From: Chiloscyllium plagiosum
Taxonomy: Eukaryota
Direction of reading: 5' to 3'
Assembly (NCBI RefSeq): GCF_004010195.1
Contig: NC_057718.1
Span: 72,407,018 to 72,471,017, forward strand
DNA: 64,000 bases
Every line of letters starts with the position of its first letter. Position 1 is the first letter of the stretch. The notes below the pieces were generated by a model, which saw only the letters and a list, made by a program, of their open reading frames with translations, was not told the origin of the DNA and did not search any database. Below are positions 25,111 to 35,337 of this stretch, one piece after another. A program made the translations under genes and the position numbers.

Positions 25111-28100
25111 TTTTTTTTTCTTATTTTTTCTTTTTAACCCCCACACTACCGCCTAACTGCGGTAGTGCTTATTTTTTCCCCAGCACCCATGGTGTGTGTG
25201 TGCATAGGTGTGAGACACAGTGAGAGACACAAGGTGCACAAATCTTTATTCAATTTCCACCACCAGGAAGATAGGAAAACACCCGAGTGGCCAGTGACAA
25301 GCACTGCCCTTCACATCAAAGGGCAGTGCTGTGTGATACAATATGGTCAATTTACCTAACCTGCACATCTTTCAACTGTGGGAGGAAACCCACACAGACA
25401 CAGGGAGAATGTACAAATGTGACACAGACAACTGCGTGAGGCAGGGATTGAACCGAGGTCCCTGGCCACACTCCTGTTTTTGTTTTACAATAGGCAAACA
25501 CCCGGGTGGCCAGTGACAAACACTGCCCTTCACATCAAAGGGCAGTGCTATGTGATCAAAACAGTGAAGGGGAGGGGAGGGACTAAATCAAAATAGAGTT
25601 GGAAGCTTCTTGTTTATTTTTTTTTCTTCTTTTCTTTTTTTCACTCCAGTTCTTTTTTTTTAAATTTATTAACCCCCACACTACCACCTAAGTGCGGTAG
25701 TGCTTATTTTTTCCCCAGCACCCATGGTGTGTGTGTGTGCAGGCGTGAGACACAGTGAAAGACACAAAGTGCACCAATCTTTATTCAAATTCCACCACCA
25801 GGAAGATAGGAAAACACCCGAATGGCCAGTGACAAACACTGTCCTTCACATCAAAGGGCAGTGCTGTGTGATCAAAACAGTGAAAGGGAGGGTAGGGACT
25901 AAATCAAAATGGAGTTGGAGGGAGAAATGATGTACTCCACTCCCTGCGGCGCCGACCTCTCCCTGAACAAATCCAGGGTGTTGGTCGACACCGCGTGCTC
26001 CTTTTCCAAGGACACCCGGGACACTCCTGTTTATTTTTTTTCCTTTTTTTTTTCTTTTTTTCTTTTTATTCCACCAGGAAGATAGGAAAACACCCGGGTG
26101 GCCAGTGACAAACACTGCCCTTCACATCGAAGGGCAGTGCTGTGTGATCAAAACAGTGAAGTGGAGGGGAGGGACTAAATCAAAATAGAGTTGGAGGGAG
26201 AAATGATGCACTCCACTCCCTGCGGCGCCCACCTCTCCCTGAACAACTCCAGGGTGTTGGTCGACGCCGCGTGCTCCTTCTCCAAGGACACCCGGGCTCT
26301 AACGTAACTGCGGAAGAGGGGTAGGCAGTCGGCCCTAACGACCCCCTCCACGGCCCGCTGCCTCGACCTGTTAATGGCCAGTTTGGCCAGGCCCAGGAGC
26401 AGACCCACGAGGAGGTCTTCAGACCTGCTCTCCCTCCTCCGTACCGGGTGCCCAAAGATCAGGAGCGTGGGACTGAAGTGCAACCAAAAGCAGAGGAGGA
26501 GGTTTTTCAGGAAATCAAAAATGGAGTGCAAACGCCCACACCCAATATAAATGTGGTCCACGGACTCCACAGCGCCACAGAACAAGCAGTTGGGCTGGGA
26601 GTCCGTGAACCACCGCAACCTGCGGTTGCAGGGGACTGCTGCATGCAGCACCCTCCACCCCAGATCCCCGAGAGAAAGGGGGAGGACTCCCGCGTAGAGA
26701 GCCCTCCACTGGGGATCCCTACCGCCTGGTGGCAAATGGGAACGCCAAGGCGTGTCCGGACGGTGGATGAGGGAGAAGAGGTGGACGGTGTGCAGCAGCA
26801 GTCTATACAGGGCCCTCCTTTTCATTTCCTGGATATATGTATTTTTTTTTCTTTTTCCTTTTTATTTTTGTGGAGGTGTGAGACACAGTGAAAGACACAA
26901 AGTGCACAAATCTTTATTCAAATTCCACGACCAGGAAGATTAGATTAGATTTAGATTACATTACAGTGTGGAAACAGGCCCTTCGGACCAACAAGTCCAC
27001 ACCGACCCGCCGAAGCGAAACCCACCCATACCCCTACATTTACTCCTTATCTAACACTACGGGCAATTTAGTATGGCCAATTCACCTGGCCCTGCACATC
27101 TTTGGACTGTGGGAGGAAACCGGAGCACCCGGAGGAAACCCACGCAGACACGGGGAGAACGTGCAAACTCCACACAGTCAGTCGCCTGAGGCGGGAATTG
27201 AACCCGGGTCTCTGGCGCTGTGAGGCAGCAGTGCTAACCACTGTGCCACAGTGCCGCCCACTAAGGTAGGAAAACACCCTAAGATAGGAAAACACCCGGG
27301 TGGCCAGTGACAAACACTGCCCTTCACATCAAAGGGCAGTGCTGTGTGATCAAAACAGTGAGGAGGAGGGTAGGGACTAAATCAAAATAGAGTTGGAGGG
27401 AGAAATGATGCACTCCACTCCCTGCGGCGCCCACCTCTCCCTGAACAACTCCAGGGTGTTGGTCGACACCGCGTGCTCCTTCTCCAAGGACACCTGGGAC
27501 ACTCCTGTTTAATTTTTTTTTGCCACTCTATTTATCTTTTTTTTTCTTCCTTTTTTTGTTTTTTTTTTATTTTTTTATTTTTTTAAAATTTAACCCCCAC
27601 TCTACTACCTAAGTGCGGTAGTGCTTATTTTATCCCCAGCACCCATGGTGTGTGTGTATACGTGTGAGACACAGTGAAAGACACAAAGTGCACGAATTCT
27701 TATTCAATTTCCACCACCAAGAAGATAGGAAAACACCTGGGTGGCCAGTGACAAACACTGCCCTTCACATCAGAGGGCAGTGCTGTGTGATCAAAACAGT
27801 CAAGGGGAGGGTAGGGACTAAATCAAAATAGAGTTGGAGGGAGAAATGATGCACTCCACTCCCTGTGGCGCCCACCTCTCCCTGAACAAATCCAGGGTGT
27901 TGGTCGTCACCGCGTGCTCCTTCTCCAAGGACACCCGGGACAGTCCTGTTTATTTTTTTTAATATTTTTTTTCTTTTTTTTCTTTTTTTTCCCCCCACAC
28001 TACCACCTAAGTGCGGTAGTGCTTATTAAATATTTTTTTTCCCCAGCACCCATGGTGTGTGTGTGCGCAGGTGTGAGACACAGTGAAAGACACAAAGTGC

Positions 28101-28348
28101 ACCAATCTTTATTCAGTTTCCACCACCAGGAAGATAGGAAAACACCCGGGTGGCCAGTGACAAACACTGCCCTTCACATCAAAGGGCAGTGCTATGTGAT
28201 CAAAACAGTGAAGGGGAGGGTAGGGACTAAATCAAAATAGAATTGGAGGGAGAAATGATGCACTCCACTCCCTGCGGCGCCCACCTCTCCCTGAACAACT
28301 CCAGGATGTTGGTTGACACCACGTGCTCCTTCTCCAAGGACACCCGGG
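25111..28348 (-). mobile_element. Head-to-tail array of seven 3' ends of a Tx1/L1-clade non-LTR retrotransposon
   Basis: Each unit is a T-rich tail plus a shared 3' UTR; the longest unit encodes an ORF2 C-terminus with a CCHC finger (CLFCGAVESVDHIYIGC; ORF 26175-26825); most units are separated by aca(c/g)tcctgttt(a). Confidence 0.88.
26941..27259 (-). mobile_element. Young full-length HE1-type SINE inserted in Tx1 array unit 5
   Basis: Near-consensus with CpGs intact; (TAATC)n tail; splits ...ggaagat|aggaaaacaccc. Confidence 0.92.
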
Positions 28349-28357
28349 ACAGTCCTG

Positions 28358-28389
28358 TTTATACCTGTCAGACAGAGCTCCCTGATTGG
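28358..28389 (-). promoter_or_regulatory. Predicted LTR promoter elements: CCAAT box and TATAAA
   Basis: Minus strand reads GGTCCAATCAGGGAGCTCTGTCTGACAGGTATAAACAGG, about 75-105 nt from the LTR 5' end; TATAAA is conserved in the 3' LTR, which also has a downstream AATAAA. Confidence 0.55.
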
Positions 28390-28463
28390 ACCAGATTAAG
28401 AGCTCTAATTGGGATCTGATATTCCATGAGGTCCACCTGACTGACTTCCTTGCAATCACTACA

Positions 28464-28970
28464 CTTCCATGTTAAATAACCTCTTCGTATCTGTTTTTCC
28501 TCTTCGTCTTATTGGCTTTAGTCTCTGACTCCTCCTTGGTAAATTTACTTGCTGACTTACTGCTGACCTCCTTTCCCACGACCCGCCACACCACCCCAAG
28601 TGGCACTAGCAAATCTCTCTTCAAGCATATTGGTACTCCTTCAGTTTAGGTGGAACTTATCTTTCTTATACAGGTCCCACCGGCCCCAGAAGACACCCTA
28701 ATGATCCACATTCCTGAACCCCTCCCTCATACGCCATTTCTTTAGCTGCATATTTAACTTGCACTGTCTTCTTATTCCCAACCTTACTGGCACAAGGCAC
28801 AGGAAGTACTCCAAAGATTATAACGCTTGAGGTCCTGCCTATCAACTTCCTACCTAACACTCTGAACCCCCGTCACAGGACATCTTCTCTATTTTTGTCA
28901 ATGTCGTTAACACCATTATGGACCACAACCTCTACTGCTAATCCTCATCCATCAGAATATATTGTGCCAT
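28464..28970 (-). mobile_element. Decayed CR1-type ORF1 region, probably the continuation of the LINE left of the Gypsy element
   Basis: Similar to the ORF1 region at 56380-56700. Confidence 0.55.
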
Positions 28971-28989
28971 ATCGTGAATATAGTGGACA

Positions 28990-30010
28990 AAAGTGTAGAT
29001 AAATCGCTGCTTCACCTGGAAGATACGTTTATGGCCTTGGATAGTTAGGAGGGAGAAAGTGAACCACCAGATATTACACCTTCTGCGATTGCATTGGAAG
29101 ATGCCTTGCGGGGTAGGGAGGTGTTGGAAATAGAGGAACCAAGGTATCCTGGAGGAAATGGTGCCTCTGGAAGGATGACAGAGGTGGTGAGGTGATTATG
29201 TGTCTAGTGATTATGTGTCTAGTGATTATCTGTTTGGTAGCATTCTATTGGAGGTGGTTGAAATGGCAGCTACTGTTTCTTCAGGTGTGGCGGGATCGTG
29301 AGTGAGGTTGAGGGAGACTCTGCCTGTTGTGAGAGGAAAGGGAGGGTGAGGGCTGAAGTACAGGAGATGAATCAGACATGGCTGGGAGCCCTGTCAACTA
29401 CATGAGTGAGGAACTTTCAATTGAGGAAGAAGGTGAACATTTGGGAAGCCCCTTCATGAAATTGGCATATTGGAACAGACGTGATGGAGACAGAGGAATT
29501 GGGAGAATGAAAAGAGTCTTTACAGGAAGCAGGGTGTGACGATGTATAGTTAAAGTACTGTGGGATGTGGTGAACTTGCAAAGGATGTTGGTGGTTAGCT
29601 TATCCCCAGAACTCGAAACAGAGATGTTGAGGAAGGAAAGGGAGGAGTCAGATATTCTCCTGTTCCATGGATGCTTCCTGACCTGTTGTGTTTTTCCAGC
29701 ACCACATTTTTCAACTCTGGTACTCCAGCATCTGCAGTCCTCACTTTCTCCCAGTTGAAGGTGAAAGCAGGATGAAAATTAGAAGCAACATTGTTGAACT
29801 TTTCCAATTCTGGATGAGAGAGAGAAGCAGCACTTATGATGTCATCAATGTACCAGAGAAAAAGTTGCAGATGGATGCTAGATTAGGAGTATACCAATCC
29901 TTTCCTTGTTATAAGCATTTCTGAAGAAGGGTCACTGGACCTGAAATCTTAACTCTGCTTTGTCTCCACAGATGCTGCCGGACCTGCTGAGTTTTTCCAT
30001 CACTTTTTGA
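28990..30010. mobile_element. Old Penelope-like remnant with terminal fragments (29652-29751 on +; hammerhead-like start at about 29921 on +)
   Basis: FNNVASNFHPAFTF RT remnant on minus; ctgaagaagggtcactggacctgaaa. Confidence 0.6.
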
Positions 30011-31144
30011 AATGAAATACATGTTGAGAGGGGAATGGCCACAAGGGAAAACCCAATGTTAGCTCCTGCTTGCCCATGCTTACTGATCTTTCTGGTGATC
30101 ATCTGACTCTTATCTGTCTGTGTAGCCCTTACGGTGATGCTAAGTGTGCTATCCACAACATTCTCAGCCTCATGGATATTCCATAATAAGACCATCTGTG
30201 GTTCCAGGCACACTATGTGGCAAATCAGGAGTCGCAATTGAACACACCTCCTGCTTATGTAGTCAGTATGACACTGAAAGTGTCGCAGATTTCTCACAGA
30301 TTGCAGGAGGAGCATTCCATGGGGCCTAGTTCTCCTGCCATTTTGAACCTTATCAAATCCAGGTAACAATCCATCCAGGAACTGATTACACAACTTCATC
30401 CACTAGTCACCAAACTCGGGTCTCTCCCTCCTGCTCTCTTAATATATTGCAACTAAAAAAAGTAAGTACATTATCTCTCTCAAGACACTACTCACTCAGT
30501 CCCTAAGCCTGGTTCATGAGCAGCCAAGCCTATACCAGTGATCCCCTCCTCAGTCATTGTTACTGAACTGATATGTTCCTTGGTCGCTTCTCACCAGCGA
30601 CCTCTAATCTGGCTAACTCTTTATTCCTGAATTCCTTTTCTTGAGCTTACATTTCACCATTTGCCATTGTGGAGTTCAAACCTGTGTCCCTAGGACATTA
30701 TCTTGCTGATCTGGATTACAAGTTGAGTGGCATTACCTCTGCCTTCTCTTGAGTTGCAGTTGTTTGGCCATGAGACAAACAGATTAAGTGTAATGGAAGT
30801 GGATGCAGGACCATTGAGATGCAAAGTGGAATGCAGTTTCCAGTAAGTGAGTTGGAAATGTAATGGTCAGGGAAAGGTGACTAGTTTAAGAGGATTAATT
30901 GGGTGTGGGCACTCTAATGCTCATAATGCATATGATGCTGAAGTTTGCAGTTAGTGATCATTTATGAGATGCTTGTGCAGTGAAAAGGATGCCCACCCTG
31001 TGAGTGTGATGTGGAAGAGGTAAGATGGTGCCATTGCTTTTGCTCGCCTAAGGTATCATTCATTTTCTTGCAGCACTGCTTGCAGTCCCTTTTGTACAAG
31101 CCAATGGCAGTGACCCACAGCGCATTCAGCTCTCAGACTGATGG

Positions 31145-31505
31145 ATCGGGTTCCCCAGTTTCCTCATTTCCCCTCCCCCCACCTTGTCTCAGTCAAATCC
31201 CTCGAACTCAGCACCGCCTTCCTAACCTGCAATCTTCTTCCTGACCTCTCCGGCCCCACCCCACTCCGGCCTATCACCCTCACCTTGACCTCCTTCCACC
31301 TATCGCATTTCCAACGCCCCTCCCCCAAGTCCCTCCTCCCTACCTTTTATCTTAGCCTGCTGGGCACACTTTCCTCATTCCTGAAGAAGGGCTTATGCCC
31401 GAAACGTCGATTCTCCTGTTCCTTGGATGCTGCCTGACCTGCTGCGCTTTTCCAGCAACACATTTTCAGCTCTGATCTCCAGCATCTGCAGTCCTCACTT
31501 TCTCC
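31145..31505 (+). mobile_element. Young Penelope-like 3' terminal repeat copy
   Basis: Nearly identical to 62720-62970; intact hammerhead motif; probable TSD caga(c/t)tgatgg at 31134-31144 and 31510-31520. Confidence 0.85.
31377..31412 (+). ncRNA. Minimal type I hammerhead ribozyme motif, family A (representative copy)
   Basis: attc-CTGAAGA-a-GGGC ttat GCCC-GAA-ACGT-C-gatt: CUGANGA core, 4-bp stem II, GAAA, palindromic ACGT in place of stem III, GUC cleavage triplet. Confidence 0.75.
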
Positions 31506-31814
31506 AGGCCAGATTGATGGCCACCCCATATCATTACTGGGATGAGGGTGAACTTTCCCTCAGTAATCAGCAACATCGCAAGGTATCGTCAATAAACCTA
31601 AAGCCTCCTTTGAATTTCTTGGGCTTCTGGCAATAACTGCCACAGGTTCCTGTGCAATTTCTGGCTTAGTGCAAGTGACACAATGTTCAGCTTGCTTTTA
31701 AATATGGCACCAGAACCCTTGAGCCCAGATGATTTTGCCAGTGGTGAGAACTGCCTACTCGTTTGCTTTTTAATTTGTCTACTAACACAAGCAACATTAC
31801 TCTCACTCAGATAA

Positions 31815-32130
31815 TTAGATTTGATTACTTACAGTATGGAAACAGGCCCTTCGGCCCTACAAGTCCACACTGAACCTCTGAAGCGCAACCCACCCAGACC
31901 CATTACCCTACATTTACCCCTTTACCTAACACTACGGGCAATTTAGCATGGCCAATTCACCTAACCTGCACATCTTTGGACTGTGAGAGGAAACCGGAGC
32001 ATCCGGAGGAAACCACGCAGATATGGGGAGAATGGGCAAACTCCACACAGGCAGTTGCCTGAGGCAGGAATTGAACCCGGGTTTCTGGTGCTGTGAAGCA
32101 GCAGTGATAACCACTGTGCCACCGTGCTCC
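31815..32130 (-). mobile_element. HE1-type SINE
   Basis: Reverse complement of the consensus with tail. Confidence 0.88.
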
Positions 32131-32289
32131 CAGTTGAAAGGGCCTGTTTCCACACTGTAAGTAATCCAATCAAAGTTGAAAAGCACGAGATAACTTACCC
32201 TGGCCATTGGCTGATATGATGCCACCCAAGTAGTTTGGTATCCTAGTTCGAAATGGGAATTCTTGACTGACTATCAGAATTTCATGCGG

Positions 32290-34355
32290 GTCTGTCAATA
32301 TGCAATATTCTGGGAGTAGTACTGGATGATTGGAGGGAGGCGACTGTTGTTCATCTGTTCAAGAAAGGGAATTACAGACCAGTCAGCCTTACATCTGTGA
32401 TAAGCAAGGTACTGGAAAAGATTCTGAGAGATGGGATTTATGACAATTTGGGGAAAAACAAAATTAAAGATTGTCAGCATGGCTTTGTGAGGGGCAGGTC
32501 ATGTCTCACAAGCCTTATTGAGTTATTTGAGGATGTGATAAGACAAGTTGACATAGGTCGAGCAGTGGATGTGGTGTAGATGGATTTCAGTGAGGCATTT
32601 GATAAGGTTCCCCATAGCAGGCTCATTCAGAAAGTTAGGAGGTATGGGATTCAGGGAAATTTGGCTGTCTGGATACAGAATTGGCTGGCTAAAAGAAGAC
32701 TGCAACTGGTAGTGGATGGAAAATATTTCGCCTGGAGGTCGGTGACCAGTGATGTCCAGCAGGGATCTGTTCTTGGGTCTCTGCTCTTTGTAGTTTTTAT
32801 TAATGACTTGGATCAAAAAGTGAAAGAGTGGGTTAGTAGGTTTGCTGATGACACAAAGGTCAGTGGTGTTATAGATAGTGTCAAGGGCTGTTGCAGGCTA
32901 CAACAAGACACTGACAAGATGCAGATCTGGGCTGAGAAGTGGCAGATGGAGTTCAACCTCGATAAGTGTGAAGTGTTTCATTTTGGAAGGTTACAATGCT
33001 GAATACAGGGTTACAGACAGGATTCTTGGCAATATGGAGGAACAGCAGGACGTTAGGGTCCATGTACATAGATCCCTCAAAGTTGCCACCCAAGTTGATA
33101 CAGTTGTTAAGAAGGCATATGGTGTTTTGGCTTTCATTCATAGGGGGATTGAGTTTAAGAGCTACGAGGTTTTGCTGCAGCTCAAAAACCTCTGGTTAGA
33201 CAACACTAGGAATGTTGTGTCCAGTTCTGGTCACCTCATTATAGGATGTATGTAGATGCTTTAGAGAGGGTGCTGAAGAGATGCACCAGGATGCTGCCTG
33301 GATTGGAGGGCTTGTCTTATGAAGAGAGGTTGAGTGAGCTCAGGCTTTTATAGAACATAGAACATTAAAGCGCAGCACAGGCCCTTCGGCCCTCGATGTT
33401 ACTAATCTGAAGCCTATCCCACCTACACTATTCTATGTATGTCCATTTGCCTGTCCAATGACGACTTAAATGCACTTAAACTTGGCGAATCTACTACCGA
33501 TGCAGGCAAAACATTCCATACCCTTACTACTCTCTGAGTAAAGAAACTACCTCTGACATCTGTCTTATAACCTATCTCCCCTCACTTTAAAGTTGTGTCC
33601 CCTTGTGTTTGCCGTCCCCATACTTGGAAAAAGGCTCTGTCCATCCTATCTAACCCTCTGATTATCTTGTATGTCTCTATTGGGTCACCTCTCAACCTTC
33701 TTCTCTCTAACGAGAACAGCCTCAAGGCCCTCAGCCTTTCCTCGTAAAACATTCCTTCCATACCAGGCAATATCCTAGTAAATCTCCTGTGCACCCTTTC
33801 CAAAGCTTCCACATTCTTCTTATAATGCGGTGACCAGAACTGTACACAATACTCCAAGTGTGGTCGTACCAGAGCTTTGTACAGCTGCAGCATAATCTCC
33901 TGGTTCCAGAACTCAATCCCTCTATTAATAAAGGCCAAAACATGTATGCCTTCTTAACAACCCTGTCAATCTGGATGACAACTTTCCGGGATCTTTTCAC
34001 ACTGGAGAGAAGAGGAAGTAAGGTGACTTGATAAAGGCGTACAAGGTAATGGTAGACATAGAGTAGATAGTCAGAGACTTTTCCTCAGGGCAGAAATTAC
34101 TGCCACGAAGGGTCATAATTTGAAGGTGACTGGAGGAAAGTTTAGGGGAGATGCCAGAGGTAAGTTATTTACACAGAGAGTGGTGGGTGTGTGGAATGCA
34201 CTGCCAGTGGTCGTAGTAGAGTCAGAAACATTAGGGACATTTAAGCCACTGCTAGTCAAGCACATGGACGGCAGTAAATTGAGGGGTGTGTAGATTAAGT
34301 TAAATGCTTGGCACAATATCATGGGCCTGTACTGTGCTGAACAGGTCTATGTTTT
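32290..34355 (+). mobile_element. CR1-type LINE RT/3' region, split by an antisense CR1 3' end at about 33351-33992
   Basis: MDFSEAFDKVPH..QGSVLG..FINDLD..FADDTK on +; LYKALVRPHLEYCVQFWSPH on -. Confidence 0.92.
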
Positions 34356-34510
34356 AATATTTATTCATGTAGTTCTTTTGAAATTTTATTATTAACATGT
34401 CTTAAAGTCTTTTCCAGCAGGTAGTTTGGATCTTAATTTCACACAATAGAGATCTCACACGTTGTGATCTTGAATCTGGCAGAATATGACAAAGATAAAA
34501 TTACGTGGAT

Positions 34511-35150
34511 TGTGACAGTACTGACCTTTAAGAGTGGTGTTCTGTGCTGCTTCTCTTGCAGAAGGGTATTGTCGCTGTGGTGCTGAAATATCTCCAGATG
34601 GGCAATTGCTAAACAGTTTTGAGTTCTCCCTGGGTATTTTTCTTTAAGACAAAAGAATCATGAGTCGGCAGAGTCAGGGCTCACATGGACCCATGAAAAT
34701 TTTTAATTTTGCTTTCAGTTAGTTAAGAAGTTTTCTGCTGGCTGCTGGAGCTAAAAGCTTAAGTTCTCTGCTAGAGTGAAGTCTTAGACAGTGAGGTTTT
34801 CTCTTAAAAATCAATACAGGCAGGACATGAGAATAATAACTGTGTAACTGTTTTGCTGAATTGCCTTTTTGCCAAAGGTAGTGTTTATGGGATGCTGCCT
34901 ATATTGAATAGTTGATGACTAGTAGTTAAATAATGCAGTATCTTGTTAAGTATTTCTGTAGAGTAAAGCTATGCCAATTCTTCCTTTTGTTATAATTTAA
35001 CAGTATTGTAAGATTAGTGGACCAATCGGATCATATCTGGAAAAACAGCAGCTTACACTTTTAAAGAACTTATATGTACAAGTTAGGGTCTAGGCTATCT
35101 TCAGAATATACTTTTGTCGTGGGGAAGTGGTTCTGGTCTGGTCCATAACA
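34511..35150 (+). mobile_element. Solo LTR, 640 bp, related to the LTR at 43994
   Basis: TGTGA...TAACA termini; 4-bp TSD GGAT at 34507-34510 and 35151-35154. Confidence 0.87.
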
Positions 35151-35203
35151 GGATCATATTACCAAGCTATTAATATTAAGTTATATGCTTCTCTTGATTG
35201 TAG

Positions 35204-35337
35204 ATTATGGCCTTGTAAGCACACCACAGCTGCATTATATGGTCTGCTGTTGGAATACCATGGAGCAGTATGGGACTGCGACGGTGGAAGGATATTACCA
35301 GAAACTTTCTCAGGCTTTTCTTGCCATAACTAAGCAG
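35204..35337 (+). CDS. PGM3: PGM3 coding exon ([16 protein letters not shown]...[16 protein letters not shown]), 134 nt
   Basis: tgtAG acceptor and CAG|GTACTT donor; TPQLHY motif; phase consistent. Confidence 0.97.

Larger units (their letters stand above)
21828..28463 (-). mobile_element. Internally deleted Gypsy-type LTR retrotransposon: 3' LTR 21828-22023, PPT, integrase remnant, and 5' LTR split into about 25066-25110 and 28349-28463
   Basis: Both LTRs begin TGTAGTGA on the minus strand and align; purine tract AGAGGAGGAGGGA abuts the 3' LTR; integrase GPSFTSREF..TAPYHPPSNGLAERAVQTLK..YRTTPHATTG in ORF 24416-24871; TSD not recognisable. Confidence 0.85.

Noticed and set aside
26175..26825. 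Intact 216-aa CCHC-finger ORF as a possible domesticated gene
   Set aside because: It is a 5'-truncated ORF2 end of a young insertion, with its ATG at the truncation junction; youth explains the open frame.
25098..28361. Repeat-and-spacer look suggesting a CRISPR array or satellite
   Set aside because: Eukaryotic intron; the units are homologous to each other, tailed, and encode a LINE ORF2 C-terminus; no cas genes.
29192..29228. Short tandem duplications (15-mer here, 14-mer near 38810)
   Set aside because: Ordinary slippage inside decayed transposons.
35127..35333. ORF-track peptide overlapping a PGM3 exon
   Set aside because: Wrong frame; the spliced PGM3 frame ([12 protein letters not shown]) explains the region.
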